A stretch of 64,000 nt of DNA from positions 3,311-67,310 of the forward strand of contig JACPUV010000009.1 of NCBI GenBank assembly GCA_016192105.1. The letters run 5' to 3'. The translations under genes and the position numbers were made by a program. Positions within the stretch are counted from its first letter, which is position 1; the number at the start of each line of letters is the position of its first letter. This DNA comes from Sphingobacteriales bacterium. GTDB taxonomy: Bacteria > Bacteroidota > Bacteroidia > Chitinophagales > Chitinophagaceae. Positions 48,059-59,119 of this stretch are shown here, piece by piece. Under the pieces are notes generated by a model that did not search any database, was not told where the DNA came from, and saw nothing but the letters and a program-made list of their open reading frames with translations.

Positions 48059-49852
48059 ATGAAAAACATCCGGAATTTTTGCATTATCGCCCATATTGAC
48101 CACGGCAAATCCACCCTGGCTGACCGCCTGTTGCAAAGCACCAATACCATCAGTGACCGTGATATGATGGACCAGGTGCTGGACGATATGGACCTGGAAA
48201 GGGAAAAGGGCATTACCATTAAAAGTCATGCCATCCAGATCAACTATAAGCACAGCGACGGGCAGGAGTATATCCTGAACCTGATCGATACGCCCGGACA
48301 CGTGGACTTCAGCTACGAAGTGAGCCGGGCCCTGGCCGCCTGCGAGGGATGCCTCTTGCTGGTTGATGCGACACAGGGTATCCAGGCGCAGACGATCAGT
48401 AATTTATATCTGGCCATTGACAATAACCTTGAGATCATCCCGGTGATCAACAAGATTGATATGGCCGGTGCCATGATCGAGGAAGTAGAAGACCAGATCG
48501 TGGACCTGATCGGTTGTAAAAGGGAAGAGATCCTGCATGCCAGCGGACGGACCGGACTGGGGGTTGATAAAATTCTGGACGCTATCGTAAGCCGGATCCC
48601 GGCCCCGAAGGGTGATCCTGCGGCCCCCCTGCAGGCGCTGATCTTTGATTCTGTCTTCAATTCCTTTCGCGGTATTATCGTGTATTACCGGATCATGAAT
48701 GGTTCGATCCGGAAAGGGGATAAGGTAAAATTTGTAAGTACCGGACAGGAATACGGAGCCGATGAAGTGGGGATCCTGAAACTGAAAATGACGGAGAAAC
48801 CCGAAGTGAAGACCGGCGATGTGGGTTATATCATCACCGGGATCAAGAATGCCAAAGAAGTGAAAGTAGGGGATACCATTACCCTGGCGACCAATGAGCA
48901 CCCCGAACAGATAAAAGGATTTGAAGAAGTGAAACCGATGGTGTTTGCGGGAATTTTCCCGGTCAATACCGATGAGTTTGAGGAGTTGCGGGACTGTATG
49001 GATAAACTCCAGTTGAACGACGCCTCCCTGACCTTTGAACTGGAAACCTCCCAGGCCCTTGGCTTTGGCTTCCGTTGCGGCTTTCTCGGGATGCTGCACA
49101 TGGAGATCATCCAGGAACGGCTGGAACGGGAATTCAACCAGATGGTGATCACCACCGTGCCCAACGTAAGTTTTATTGCGTACACCACTAAGGGGGACAA
49201 AGTGATCGTGAACAACCCGACTGAATTTCCCGACCCGGTAAAAACAGACCATATTGATGAACCCTTTATCAAAGCGCAGATCATCAGTAAACCGGAATAT
49301 ATCGGTAATATCATGACCCTTTGCCTCGGCAAGCGGGGGATCCTGATGAACCAGAGTTACCTGACACCCACCCGGGTGGAACTGCTTTTTGAAATGCCGC
49401 TGACGGAGATTGTATTTGATTTTTATGATAAACTGAAATCACAGACCCGGGGCTATGCTTCCTTTGACTATCACCCCATCGGGTACCGGGAGAGCGATAT
49501 TGTAAAAATGGACATCCTCCTGAATGGGGATAAAGTTGACGCCTTGTCCGCTTTGATCCACCGCAGCCGGGCCCAGGATTTCGGAAGAAAGCTTTGTGAG
49601 AAACTGAAAGAATTATTGCCCCGCCAGCAGTTCCAGATCGCCATCCAGGCGGCTATCGGCGCCAAAGTAGTGGCGAGGGAAAATATTTCGGCGATGCGGA
49701 AAGACGTAACGGCCAAATGTTATGGTGGGGATATCAGCCGTAAACGTAAACTCCTCGAGAAACAAAAAGAAGGTAAGAAGCGGATGCGGCAGATCGGCAA
49801 TGTGGAAGTGCCGCAGGAAGCTTTTTTGGCGGTGCTGAAGCTGGATGAGTAG
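48059..49852 (+). CDS. lepA: Translation elongation factor 4
   Basis: [22 protein letters not shown]...DTPGHVDF...NKID...[24 protein letters not shown]. True start ATG 48059. Confidence 0.98.
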   Translation: MKNIRNFCIIAHIDHGKSTLADRLLQSTNTISDRDMMDQVLDDMDLEREKGITIKSHAIQINYKHSDGQEYILNLIDTPGHVDFSYEVSRALAACEGCLLLVDATQGIQAQTISNLYLAIDNNLEIIPVINKIDMAGAMIEEVEDQIVDLIGCKREEILHASGRTGLGVDKILDAIVSRIPAPKGDPAAPLQALIFDSVFNSFRGIIVYYRIMNGSIRKGDKVKFVSTGQEYGADEVGILKLKMTEKPEVKTGDVGYIITGIKNAKEVKVGDTITLATNEHPEQIKGFEEVKPMVFAGIFPVNTDEFEELRDCMDKLQLNDASLTFELETSQALGFGFRCGFLGMLHMEIIQERLEREFNQMVITTVPNVSFIAYTTKGDKVIVNNPTEFPDPVKTDHIDEPFIKAQIISKPEYIGNIMTLCLGKRGILMNQSYLTPTRVELLFEMPLTEIVFDFYDKLKSQTRGYASFDYHPIGYRESDIVKMDILLNGDKVDALSALIHRSRAQDFGRKLCEKLKELLPRQQFQIAIQAAIGAKVVARENISAMRKDVTAKCYGGDISRKRKLLEKQKEGKKRMRQIGNVEVPQEAFLAVLKLDE

Positions 49853-49853
49853 G

Positions 49854-50156
49854 GGGGAGTGGGGAGTAGGAAGTCGGGAGTCGGGAGTCGGGAGTCGGTA
49901 GTCGGAAAAGCCAGAAGGGCTGAAATTATTATAGAAAGGTTTGGGAGAAAGAAATAAACCCTGAAAGGGTGACATTATTGGTTAATCATAAATGGGGCCT
50001 TCTAAGGGGTAGTTGGGGAATGGGGAGTGGGGAGTAGGAAGTCGGGAGTCGGGAGTCGGTAGTCGGTAGTCGGCAAAGCCAGAAGGGCTGAAATTATTAT
50101 AGAAAGGTTTGGGAGAAAGAAATAAACCCTGAAAGGGTGACATTATTGATTAATCA
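49854..50156. repeat. 135-bp direct repeat (period 168) containing 7-bp GGGAGTC arrays and a CCCTGAAAGGG hairpin
   Basis: 49854-49988 and 50022-50156 are near identical. Confidence 0.9.
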
Positions 50157-50244
50157 GGAGGAGGTTACCGGCCTGTAATCTACACTGTGCCAGCGCACCT
50201 GATTTTACCCGCTAATAATTGTATTTTGGATTTTTAACAAGGAT

Positions 50245-50973
50245 ATGAGCTCAGCCGCTTTCTACGATAATTTTATTAAAGAACAGGCGGTATCCGGTAT
50301 CAATGACAGGATCTATGGTCTGTACCGGCGTCTGCTGAATGAGGGCCTCCACAACCGTTCATCGGTCCTGGAAATCGGCTGTGGTATTGGTGCCCTGACG
50401 TACCTGCTGGCCGGAAAAATCAAAAAAGGAAATATAGAAGCTACTGACCTGAGTCCCGCCTCTGTCGCCTTTGCCCAAAAATACCTGGATCAGTCCAACC
50501 TGGTCTTTTATGCCGGTGATATCCTTGCGTTGAATCCCCGGGCTGCCTCCTTTGATTATATTCTCCTGTTTGATGTGCTGGAACATATTCCCCTGGAAAA
50601 ACACCCGGTATTGTTTCAGCGGATCAGTCAGTGGATGAATGAGGACAGCCAATTGCTGATCAATCTTCCCAATCCCGGTTATATTCTCTACGATCAGCAG
50701 CACAACCCGGCTGCCTTGCAGGAACTCGATCAGCCTGTTTTTACAGAGATCCTCCTGCCGCGGCTGGCGGCTGCCGGACTGGAACTCCGTTGTTTTGAAA
50801 CATGGAGTGTATGGGCGGAGAATGATTACCAGTTTCTGTTGCTGCGAAAGAAAACAGCATTTACCGAACAGCTTTTAGCAGAAAAGAGAAACCTGCTGCA
50901 AAAAATAAAACTGCGGTTGTTCCGGGAATGGAGGAAGATCCGGTATCCCTATCCGCCGAAGGGTTCTTACTGA
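50245..50973 (+). CDS. Class I SAM-dependent methyltransferase
   Basis: VLEIGCGIG; FDYILLFDVLEHI. Confidence 0.9.
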   Translation: MSSAAFYDNFIKEQAVSGINDRIYGLYRRLLNEGLHNRSSVLEIGCGIGALTYLLAGKIKKGNIEATDLSPASVAFAQKYLDQSNLVFYAGDILALNPRAASFDYILLFDVLEHIPLEKHPVLFQRISQWMNEDSQLLINLPNPGYILYDQQHNPAALQELDQPVFTEILLPRLAAAGLELRCFETWSVWAENDYQFLLLRKKTAFTEQLLAEKRNLLQKIKLRLFREWRKIRYPYPPKGSY

Positions 50974-52082
50974 AAACGGTGAAACAATTCTTCCCAGCGA
51001 AGATAAACCCTGTCCGGGGCAAAGGCGGCCGACGAAATGAATGCATGCGCGGCCATCTCACTTCTTTTTTCGGGGTTATCCTGCAGACTCAGGATTGCGG
51101 CTGCCAGCAGGCGGGGGTTTTCTTTTTCCGTCAGCAGCCCGTTATAATCCTGTTGTATAATATGCCGGGGGCCCGTATCACAGTCAAAAGATATACAGGG
51201 GAGGCCGTTACTCAATGCCTCCAGCAATACCAGCGGGAAACATTCGTTCCGGGAAGTCATAACAAACAAACCCGCTTCCCGGTACACTTCCGTCAGATCG
51301 GTTTTATCAGCCGGCTGGAAAATCAGTTGTTCCCCGAGCCCTTCGTTGCGGATAAAAGCCAGGAAATCCGCTTCCTGTTCCCCATAGCCGATTACTTTCC
51401 ATTTTGTGCCGGGCCGTTGTTTCAATACGATCTTTGCCGTTTCCATCAGCAGATCGGCTCCTTTTATCCGGTTAAAACGGGTGACTGACAGAATGGTTGT
51501 ACTGACCGGGCTGCTCTTTACGATCCTCCCGGCCGGCGAAGGTTCCACAAAATTCGGGATCAGCACAGCCTGTTTATTCAGTGAAAGATAATAATGCTGT
51601 TCATCGGGGTTCAGGCAAATGACGGCATCCAGTTTTTTGTACGCATAGCGGAACAGGTAGTTCCAGAAAGTATTTCGGTGCTGCGTTTTAAAATGATGAT
51701 GCTCCCAGGAGAAGATACGGGTAAACTTCCCGGCTCCGCAGAGTACGGCTGAAACGGCAAAATGGTATTCCGAGCAGACCAGGTAATCCGGCCGGAGTGA
51801 GGTAAGGATTTTCCGGAACGAACGGAGATCCTGCAGGAACCTGATCTTCCGGCTGAGGGGATTGCCGGCAGAACTGATACCAAAGTTTAGCGGCAGCTGC
51901 ACCTTTTTTACTTCCGGATCAACGGGATACCAGGTAGCCGGGTTTTGATCCAGGATCAGCAAACTGACGGACCAGCCTTTTCGTGACAGCAAATTGGCCG
52001 TACTGATCATCGCTTTTTCATACCCGCCCGGAACGGACAGGTAGGAAGTGACGAGGACGATATTTTTTTTATCGCTGTGCAA
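50967..52082 (-). CDS. Glycosyltransferase family 4
   Basis: GGYEK; KGAD; TSRNECFPLVLLEA...G.P. Confidence 0.92.
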   Translation of the reverse strand: MHSDKKNIVLVTSYLSVPGGYEKAMISTANLLSRKGWSVSLLILDQNPATWYPVDPEVKKVQLPLNFGISSAGNPLSRKIRFLQDLRSFRKILTSLRPDYLVCSEYHFAVSAVLCGAGKFTRIFSWEHHHFKTQHRNTFWNYLFRYAYKKLDAVICLNPDEQHYYLSLNKQAVLIPNFVEPSPAGRIVKSSPVSTTILSVTRFNRIKGADLLMETAKIVLKQRPGTKWKVIGYGEQEADFLAFIRNEGLGEQLIFQPADKTDLTEVYREAGLFVMTSRNECFPLVLLEALSNGLPCISFDCDTGPRHIIQQDYNGLLTEKENPRLLAAAILSLQDNPEKRSEMAAHAFISSAAFAPDRVYLRWEELFHRFQ

Positions 52083-52085
52083 GTT

Positions 52086-52703
52086 TTATAGTTTCCAGAG
52101 ACATAATTTTTTATCAGGATACCCGTCTGTAAAATCTTCTTCAATGGTAAATAAGGGATCCGGTAACGAAAACGGAGGCAACTGCAGGTTCAGCATCCGG
52201 AACTGTCCCGGTTCAATATCCTTGTTTTCGGAAATAAACCGGTAGGTATTGGTGAGCATATAGCGGATGCCGGCAGTTCTGAAATTGGCAATGGCCGACA
52301 GGATCAGTTCATTGGGCAGGTGTATGAAGCAATCCCTGCATAATACAAGGTCCGCGGGAGGTAAAATATCCGAAGTAATGTCGGCTACAATAAATTTTTT
52401 CGAGGGATATTTTTTCCTGTTTTCTTCGATTAACCGGGGAATGATATCGGCCCCTGTATAATCAATGCCGGCCAGGTCCGTATGATTAATCCAGTTCAGA
52501 TCACCACAGGGAGCATCCAGGATGGATTTTAGGTCCAGCGAACGGATTAGTTCAGGGATGGCCTGGCGGATGTGTTGGGTGTGGGCTAAGATTGAACCCG
52601 GACCGGAACCGGTTTCAGCCTGTTTCCATAAATCCGATTTGTAATAAACCCGGTGAAATATTTCGGCTAAGCTCTTTTTTCTTTTTTGCCTGAAGAAACC
52701 CAT
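52086..52703 (-). CDS. Class I SAM-dependent methyltransferase
   Basis: SGPGS...ILDAPCGD...YTGADI...ADLVLCRDC. Confidence 0.88.
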   Translation of the reverse strand: MGFFRQKRKKSLAEIFHRVYYKSDLWKQAETGSGPGSILAHTQHIRQAIPELIRSLDLKSILDAPCGDLNWINHTDLAGIDYTGADIIPRLIEENRKKYPSKKFIVADITSDILPPADLVLCRDCFIHLPNELILSAIANFRTAGIRYMLTNTYRFISENKDIEPGQFRMLNLQLPPFSLPDPLFTIEEDFTDGYPDKKLCLWKL

Positions 52704-52709
52704 AACCTG

Positions 52710-54014
52710 TTACCCTTTTATTTTTTTTAAGAAGCGGCGGAGGCAATAATAATACTTTCTGGCTGCTGTGCGGTACTGGTTGAGAAAATCCAGTTCGTTG
52801 CCGGCACCCTGCGTCTTGCGGACCCTGTTGACAATAACATCGGAATACACAGCCAGTCGCTCACTTACCATACGATCTTCGCTTAGTTTTTCCCTGATCG
52901 TTGAACCGGCATTGGCTCCCAGTTTGCCGCAAAGTTCCGGATTGGCGGAAAGATACAGAATGGCATCCGCCAGGGCGGCCGGGTTGTTTGCCGGCACAAT
53001 CCAGGCATCCTTTCCATGCGTGAAAAGTTCGGCTGCCCCGGTGTGATCTGTTATCAGTATTGCTTTTCCGAGGCTGGCCGCTTCCAGGGCCACATAATTG
53101 AATGTGTCAAAGGTTCCGGGTATAATAACCAGTGAAGCCGCCGCAATCTCCCGGCCTGTTTTTTCAGGGTCCAGTTCTCCCGCCCATATTAATCGGTGTT
53201 GCCAGGTGTCCGGGTATTTTTTCTGCAGGTAAACAGACATTTGCTGATAAGCGGGGGCCAGCCAGGTATCGCCTCCGATCCAGGTAACCCGGATATGCGG
53301 TGCTTTTTCCCGGAGCAGGGTCATGGCATCCAGCAGGTCGTAGATGCCTTTTACCGGTTGCAGTCCGCCAATGCAGATCAACTTACCCGGTTCCCTGCTG
53401 CAAACCCGGTTTTGCATGTTCTGCCAGGGGATGCTGGTTACCCTTACCGTCTTTTTCAGCCATTTTTCCAGGCTGTTTTTATTGAATTGGCTATGGGTAA
53501 TGATGGCGTCAGCTGATTTAAAGGAAAGCTCTTCCAGCCGGGTAATAAGCTCCAGGCTGTCATTTTTCCCGGAATAATTGAGACCGGCAAATTGGGAAAG
53601 ACTGCCATGGCCTGTTATAATTACCGGGGGCAATGAGTTGTCACAAAGAAAAATACCCAGGCCTCCGTAATCAGCGACTTCGACGATGTCGATCTGATAC
53701 GCTTTATGATTGGATAATAGCCACTCCCTGGTAGCCATTCCTTTTGCAATCCAGTTTGGGGCATCAAACCCGCCGGGACGGAAATAAGGACTCCATTTTC
53801 TTTTCTCCGCACTGTAATTTTTTTTTAAAAAAACGGTGGTCAAAAGCCCGCTTTCCAGCCATTGGTCTTCGTCATCTTCACCGGCCAGTTGATTTGGAGT
53901 GAGTAAAAATATGCGGTGACCTGCTTGGGTAAGTAACCGAGTCAACTGGGTATAATAGGTAGATATCCCGCCGGGCTGATTCAGGCTGTTCAATGTAACC
54001 AGGCAGATATTCAT
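52710..54014 (-). CDS. Glycosyltransferase family 4
   Basis: GGISTY; KGI.DLL.A; DTFNYVALEA.SLGK. Confidence 0.88.
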   Translation of the reverse strand: MNICLVTLNSLNQPGGISTYYTQLTRLLTQAGHRIFLLTPNQLAGEDDEDQWLESGLLTTVFLKKNYSAEKRKWSPYFRPGGFDAPNWIAKGMATREWLLSNHKAYQIDIVEVADYGGLGIFLCDNSLPPVIITGHGSLSQFAGLNYSGKNDSLELITRLEELSFKSADAIITHSQFNKNSLEKWLKKTVRVTSIPWQNMQNRVCSREPGKLICIGGLQPVKGIYDLLDAMTLLREKAPHIRVTWIGGDTWLAPAYQQMSVYLQKKYPDTWQHRLIWAGELDPEKTGREIAAASLVIIPGTFDTFNYVALEAASLGKAILITDHTGAAELFTHGKDAWIVPANNPAALADAILYLSANPELCGKLGANAGSTIREKLSEDRMVSERLAVYSDVIVNRVRKTQGAGNELDFLNQYRTAARKYYYCLRRFLKKIKG

Positions 54015-54045
54015 TTTTCAAAAATAACCATTCGGGCTGACACCC

Positions 54046-55062
54046 TTAAAGGGATTTGCTCAGCCGGAATAACCAGTTTTTAATTCGGGTGCGGATCCTT
54101 AGCCGGTATTTAATCCGAGCCAGTTTGCTTGGGGCGGAATAAGCAGGAAGTCCGGCAATGAACTGACCCAGAGTATAGCCCGTTTTTTCAAATGTTTTTC
54201 TGAACTGATTAAAATAAGGAAACAATTCCCGGTCATGTCCCTCAAGCAATTCCGGTATATAGTTGCGGTTAAAATGAATAAACACCACGGGGTATATGCC
54301 ATTTATTTTCACTTCCCCGTTAACCAGTACCCGCCGACAAACATGCTGGTTCCAAAAGGAAATATTACATCCCTTATGCCTCAGGATTTTGACATCTTCA
54401 AAAAAAACGGGAAGGGCATCCAGATATTTCTGATCTACGTGCAGCCCCTTGGCATGGTTCACCTCTATGCCGTATCTGCAGGCAGCTGCCCACCATTCTA
54501 AAGCCGGTATCCCCCTGCGGGTAGCACCGATAAAACCGGCATTAAAGGCGCCGTAATTGAAAAATGCCAAGAAGTCGGATTCCCGCTCCTGCGGATCCGG
54601 GGTCGTCCAGTGCGGTGTCAGAAGCACAGATGTTTGATCAAGTTCGTCAAACAGGAATTTGCAATCGTTTACAAAAAAGATATCACAATCCAGGAAAATC
54701 ACTTTTTCATATCCTTGATCCAGCAGATAGTGGATCAGTACCGGTTTCATAGACCAACGAAGTGCATCAGGCCTGGTATGATAAGTGTTTAATAAAAAAT
54801 CAGTATAGCCGAAATGGTACAGCTGACTGATTTGTAGTATATGTAGTTTCTCAGCGGGTACCAAAGATTTTTCATATTCGCTTTCGTCACATATTAGCAC
54901 ATACAGAGAATCTGCTGCAGAGTGCTCCTGCAATGAACGGAAAAGCGTTACCGCATATGGTAGATAATTACTGGTTATGATGGTACAAAAGGTTCTCATT
55001 CTTTTCACTTTTCTGGCTTTTGCAGAAAGGGTTTGATGGATTGATACAGGCTGTTTATTCAA
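54046..55062 (-). CDS. Glycosyltransferase (GT-A/GT8-like)
   Basis: FCTIITSNYL...L..S; IFLDCD; FNAGF; DQKYLD. Start may be MRTF near 55000. Confidence 0.75.
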   Translation of the reverse strand: MNKQPVSIHQTLSAKARKVKRMRTFCTIITSNYLPYAVTLFRSLQEHSAADSLYVLICDESEYEKSLVPAEKLHILQISQLYHFGYTDFLLNTYHTRPDALRWSMKPVLIHYLLDQGYEKVIFLDCDIFFVNDCKFLFDELDQTSVLLTPHWTTPDPQERESDFLAFFNYGAFNAGFIGATRRGIPALEWWAAACRYGIEVNHAKGLHVDQKYLDALPVFFEDVKILRHKGCNISFWNQHVCRRVLVNGEVKINGIYPVVFIHFNRNYIPELLEGHDRELFPYFNQFRKTFEKTGYTLGQFIAGLPAYSAPSKLARIKYRLRIRTRIKNWLFRLSKSL

Positions 55063-55074
55063 ATATACATTGGA

Positions 55075-56136
55075 TTATTTTACGATTAAGTTTCTGAAAC
55101 AGTCTGCAATGCGGGGAGCATATTTATTGACTGAATAATGGGATTCAACGAATCCGGGGCCATTTCCGGACGTTTGTGTGTAAAAGTCGTGGTCTTCTTT
55201 AAAAGTGCGTAACCCGGTTAGCCAACTGTTTGTATCTGTTGCAGACAGCCCGGCCTGGCTCTCCCGGAGGATCAGTTCATTGCTTCCCACTGGACTTACA
55301 AGTACGGGTACGCCACATGCCATGTATTGCAGCATCTTAAAACTACATTTGCCACGAGTAAATGAGGTGTCCTGTAAAGGCATCAGCCCTACAGAAAAGG
55401 AGTTAATCAATTCGTTTTCTTTTTCAGTCGACCAGGGTATGAATCGGATCCGCCTGTTGTCATAATTAAAAATATTACCCGGTGAAGAAGAGACAATGGT
55501 AAAACACGTATCCGGATTCTGTTGCAGAAATTGATCTATAGCTGGTTTGACCAGTTCCAGATACGGAAGGTTAGGAGCGCTGCCGATCCAACCAATTGTA
55601 AAGGGACCGTCTTTTCCCTTTATGGGATAGAGAGCGGAGGTGTCAATTACCGATGGAATGATGCAGACATTGCTGGAGTATTGTGAGGCATAATCAGCAA
55701 GATATTCATTGCCCGCAAAAACCTGAACTGCGGAACTGATGGCTTTTTGAACTTCTTTTTCTCCGTCCTGTAGCCAGATGGCATCATCAAAATCAAATAT
55801 GCGCGGAATCTGTATTTTTTTTTCACACCAGGATTGCCTTTTAAGAATGAGACGGTTTTGCCAGATCAGATCATATTTAAATTGCTCGTAAAGGAGAGGT
55901 AGTCTGGTGATATTCTTGGCAAGCCATAAAAGCCGCCAGGGATTTATGCTTGTAATCTTTCCCACTTTAAACATCCAGGCGGCCGGATCTGAGTTTTCGT
56001 TAAAGTGGAATACACGCGGCTTGACAAAAATTTGTTCCCTTTCCAGCGACGGGATATACTGGAGAATTCGGGCCCGGGATGCAGGGTCGTTCTTTTCATT
56101 AATAAGTCCCAGTATTTTAACTGAATTGTTCATCAA
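55075..56136 (-). CDS. Glycosyltransferase family 4
   Basis: FDFDDAIW; IGWIGS; GKCSFKMLQYMACG.P. Confidence 0.9.
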   Translation of the reverse strand: MMNNSVKILGLINEKNDPASRARILQYIPSLEREQIFVKPRVFHFNENSDPAAWMFKVGKITSINPWRLLWLAKNITRLPLLYEQFKYDLIWQNRLILKRQSWCEKKIQIPRIFDFDDAIWLQDGEKEVQKAISSAVQVFAGNEYLADYASQYSSNVCIIPSVIDTSALYPIKGKDGPFTIGWIGSAPNLPYLELVKPAIDQFLQQNPDTCFTIVSSSPGNIFNYDNRRIRFIPWSTEKENELINSFSVGLMPLQDTSFTRGKCSFKMLQYMACGVPVLVSPVGSNELILRESQAGLSATDTNSWLTGLRTFKEDHDFYTQTSGNGPGFVESHYSVNKYAPRIADCFRNLIVK

Positions 56137-56160
56137 TTTTGTGGACGTTATCCTGAATAG

Positions 56161-56976
56161 TTAAAACAGTTTTTTTAACCATTTGGCTGGTTTGAGCAAG
56201 GCGTGTCCGAACCTGTATGCGAAAGCCTTGGTAAAACGGCTTTCCTGTTCATCCAGTGCGGCTTGAAAAATGGATTGCCCGTCAAAAATACTATTATTTG
56301 TTCCTGGCAATTCAAGGTCAGATGCGATGGCTATCATATAAACCCCCGCGACTATGCTGTTTTTTTTTACCTGCAGATGATCACCTGAATAGATGTCATA
56401 TCTATATTGCTCCTGATTTCTGATCAGCGAGGCTTGAAAGGATTTTTGATAAAATAAGTGGTAGTGTCTGAAATGCTTTTGAAGAAGTGATTCAAACTGC
56501 TCCTTGCTGAGTTCTTTTTTGTGAAAAGGATTGCGATGGCCGGTTTTTTCTGAATATTCTGTTTTGTCGGGGGTTGAAATAATCAACAGGCCCCCTGGCT
56601 TCAAAACTCTTTTGAATTCTTTCATTAACAGCTCATGTTCATCCAGGTGTTCAAGTGTCTCAAAAGAGACAACGAGATCGAATGACTGGCGTGGTAGTTG
56701 AGTGTCTTTTGCATCCGCAGTAAGGAAACAGATTTTGTTGTCGCCATATTTTTCTTTTGCAATTTCTATCGTTGCTGGATCAATGTCCACCCCAGTAACT
56801 GAAGCGGCATTGTGCGAAAGCAGCCTGCTGCCATATCCTTCACCGCAGGCAATATCCAGGACTGATTTGCCATTGGAGAACTCGCAGGCAAGCGCATACC
56901 GATGAAGGTGCTCTATAGCCGTTTCATTATGCGCTAAGGGTTCCCACCTTTCTCCGGTCCGTTCTCTTTTTTTCAT
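56161..56976 (-). CDS. Glycan-associated class I SAM methyltransferase
   Basis: EHLHRY; VLDIACGEGYG; FETLEH; LKPGGLLIISTP. Confidence 0.9.
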   Translation of the reverse strand: MKKRERTGERWEPLAHNETAIEHLHRYALACEFSNGKSVLDIACGEGYGSRLLSHNAASVTGVDIDPATIEIAKEKYGDNKICFLTADAKDTQLPRQSFDLVVSFETLEHLDEHELLMKEFKRVLKPGGLLIISTPDKTEYSEKTGHRNPFHKKELSKEQFESLLQKHFRHYHLFYQKSFQASLIRNQEQYRYDIYSGDHLQVKKNSIVAGVYMIAIASDLELPGTNNSIFDGQSIFQAALDEQESRFTKAFAYRFGHALLKPAKWLKKLF

Positions 56977-58223
56977 GCTTTGGATTTTTCAATATGCCAT
57001 TTCAACAAGGGGCGTAATATTCCAGGAAATTCTCCTGGACTCATGCCCCTGGCAGTTTGCCGGTCAAATACATCATATACATGAAATGCCAATACATCTT
57101 TTTCATGCAAATAAATCACCTGACTGGTATGATTGAATACGGCACAGCTAATGAAATACAGTCCCGTATTCAGCATATGCCCGGGTATCCAAGCCACGGC
57201 TTTGAATTTACCAGTGGCATGTGGTTCACTGTATTCAGCCGTATTCACACTGTGTGTGTCAAATACATTGATCCCCTCCTCATTGTGCAGATTGTAGCCT
57301 AACCACAAAACATGTCCGGGGCTCAATACTTCATATTCCATTTCAATGCCAATTGTTTCATCCGCTGCAAAACTGTCCGATTGTTGAAAACTGGTGGTTA
57401 TACTATTTACAGATAGCAGCTGTACAACAGGGGGAGTGGTTGCTTTGGATCCTGTGTCAGGTGTATTTGTACGCACTGAAGAGATATACTGACTAATAAT
57501 TTCTTCTGAATTCCCACCCGCAATCAGTCTGCCATTGTCCAGCAAAAGCGCTTTATTACACAGGCTCCTTATATAGCTCATATTGTGGCTTACAAAAAGG
57601 ATTGTCCGTCCGTCTTTGTGGCTCACTTCTTCCATCTTACCCAGGCATTTTTTCTGGAATTCCATATCTCCCACAGCGAGAACTTCGTCAATCAGTAATA
57701 TTTCCGGTTCAAGGTGAGCAGCAACGGCGAAAGCCAGCCGTAACTGCATACCGCTGCTGTAATGTTTCAGCGGGCTGTCAATAAATTTTTCCACGCCGCT
57801 GAAATCAATAATCGCATCCAGTTGCCGCCGGATTTCCGTTTTTTTCAGGCCGAGGATAGAACCGTTCAGAAATATGTTTTCCCGGCCGCTCAGTTCCGGA
57901 TGAAATCCAGTGCCGACTTCCAGTAGACTCCCCACACGCCCGTGAATAAAGGCTTCTCCGCAGGTGGGGGGAGTGATCCGGCTGATGATTTTCAGCAGGG
58001 TGCTTTTGCCCGCGCCGTTCCTTCCTATGATGCCCACTCGTTCTCCAGGTTCGATACAAAGATTGATATTCTGCAAGGCCCAGAAATAAGGATCTGCTTT
58101 TTTCCCTTTCCCGGTCCATTCCCAGGGAGCCTTGCTGAGCACATCCCGCAATGACAGGTAAGGAGGTGCTTCATGCAGGCGGTATTGTTTACCCAGTTTC
58201 CGTATGTCAATAGCGGGTTTCAT
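56973..58223 (-). CDS. wzt: Polysaccharide ABC exporter ATPase with C-terminal Wzt-C domain
   Basis: GRNGAGKST; YSSGMQLRLAF; DEVLAVGD; VSH; ~150-aa C-terminal Ig-like extension. Confidence 0.93.
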   Translation of the reverse strand: MKPAIDIRKLGKQYRLHEAPPYLSLRDVLSKAPWEWTGKGKKADPYFWALQNINLCIEPGERVGIIGRNGAGKSTLLKIISRITPPTCGEAFIHGRVGSLLEVGTGFHPELSGRENIFLNGSILGLKKTEIRRQLDAIIDFSGVEKFIDSPLKHYSSGMQLRLAFAVAAHLEPEILLIDEVLAVGDMEFQKKCLGKMEEVSHKDGRTILFVSHNMSYIRSLCNKALLLDNGRLIAGGNSEEIISQYISSVRTNTPDTGSKATTPPVVQLLSVNSITTSFQQSDSFAADETIGIEMEYEVLSPGHVLWLGYNLHNEEGINVFDTHSVNTAEYSEPHATGKFKAVAWIPGHMLNTGLYFISCAVFNHTSQVIYLHEKDVLAFHVYDVFDRQTARGMSPGEFPGILRPLLKWHIEKSKA

Positions 58224-59089
58224 CAGACGATATCGGCAAAATAGGCTTCGGTCTTGCGAAAAAAATACAGACCCGCAATAAGCAAAATAAGTGTAAAGGA
58301 TAACCCGGCCATTGTTTCTTCCATCTCCGGAGGTGGCGCCCCAAGTGCTGCCCGGAAATAAGCAATGGACGTATTAACCGGGTTAAAGGAAAGTAAGTTT
58401 CTGAGCCATTCCTGGGAGATACTGCGCAGCGGGTAAATAATCTGCGAGCTGAAAAAAAGCAATTGTAATAAGAAAGGGATCATATACCGGAAATCCCGGT
58501 ATTTTACATTCAAAGCGGCAAGAAATGTCCCGGTACCGAAACCTGCCAGGGTGACGATTATGATACCCGCCGCAAAATAAAAAACCGAATACCAATGCAG
58601 GGATTGTCTGTATAGGACGCAGAAAACAAGAAAGATCAGCAGCCCGATCAGGAAATCAAACAAGGCCAGCAATACCGCGGACCCCGGGATGATCAGCCGG
58701 GGAAAATAGATTTTTTTAATGATATGGGCATTCTGAATCATACTGTCCCCGGCATGGGAGATGGAAGCGCTGAACAGGTTCCACAAAATCAGGCCGGAAA
58801 GCACAAAAATGGGATAAACTACAGGGGCGGTATCGATCTTAAGCGTCCTGGAAAACAGCAGGGTGAAAAGAAGCATCATCCCAAGTGGCTGGATAAGCGC
58901 CCATAGTATTCCGAGATAGGTCTGTTTATACTTCACCTTTATATCCCGCCAGGTGAAGAAATAAAAAAGCTCCCGGTACTGCCATAATTCCTTTAAGCCA
59001 AGGGAAAAACGGCCGGGGGGCTGTATATGGGTGATGAATTTCTCCATGAGTTGTAAAGATACCCAATGGAGGGGAAAACAAAAGCGCAA
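58223..59089 (-). CDS. wzm: Polysaccharide ABC exporter permease
   Basis: RDIKVKYKQT.LG.LW...P; KKIYFPR; NP; six TM helices. Confidence 0.93.
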   Translation of the reverse strand: MRFCFPLHWVSLQLMEKFITHIQPPGRFSLGLKELWQYRELFYFFTWRDIKVKYKQTYLGILWALIQPLGMMLLFTLLFSRTLKIDTAPVVYPIFVLSGLILWNLFSASISHAGDSMIQNAHIIKKIYFPRLIIPGSAVLLALFDFLIGLLIFLVFCVLYRQSLHWYSVFYFAAGIIIVTLAGFGTGTFLAALNVKYRDFRYMIPFLLQLLFFSSQIIYPLRSISQEWLRNLLSFNPVNTSIAYFRAALGAPPPEMEETMAGLSFTLILLIAGLYFFRKTEAYFADIV

Positions 59090-59119
59090 ACAGGGATTCG
59101 CCGTTGTCAGCGGGACGGC

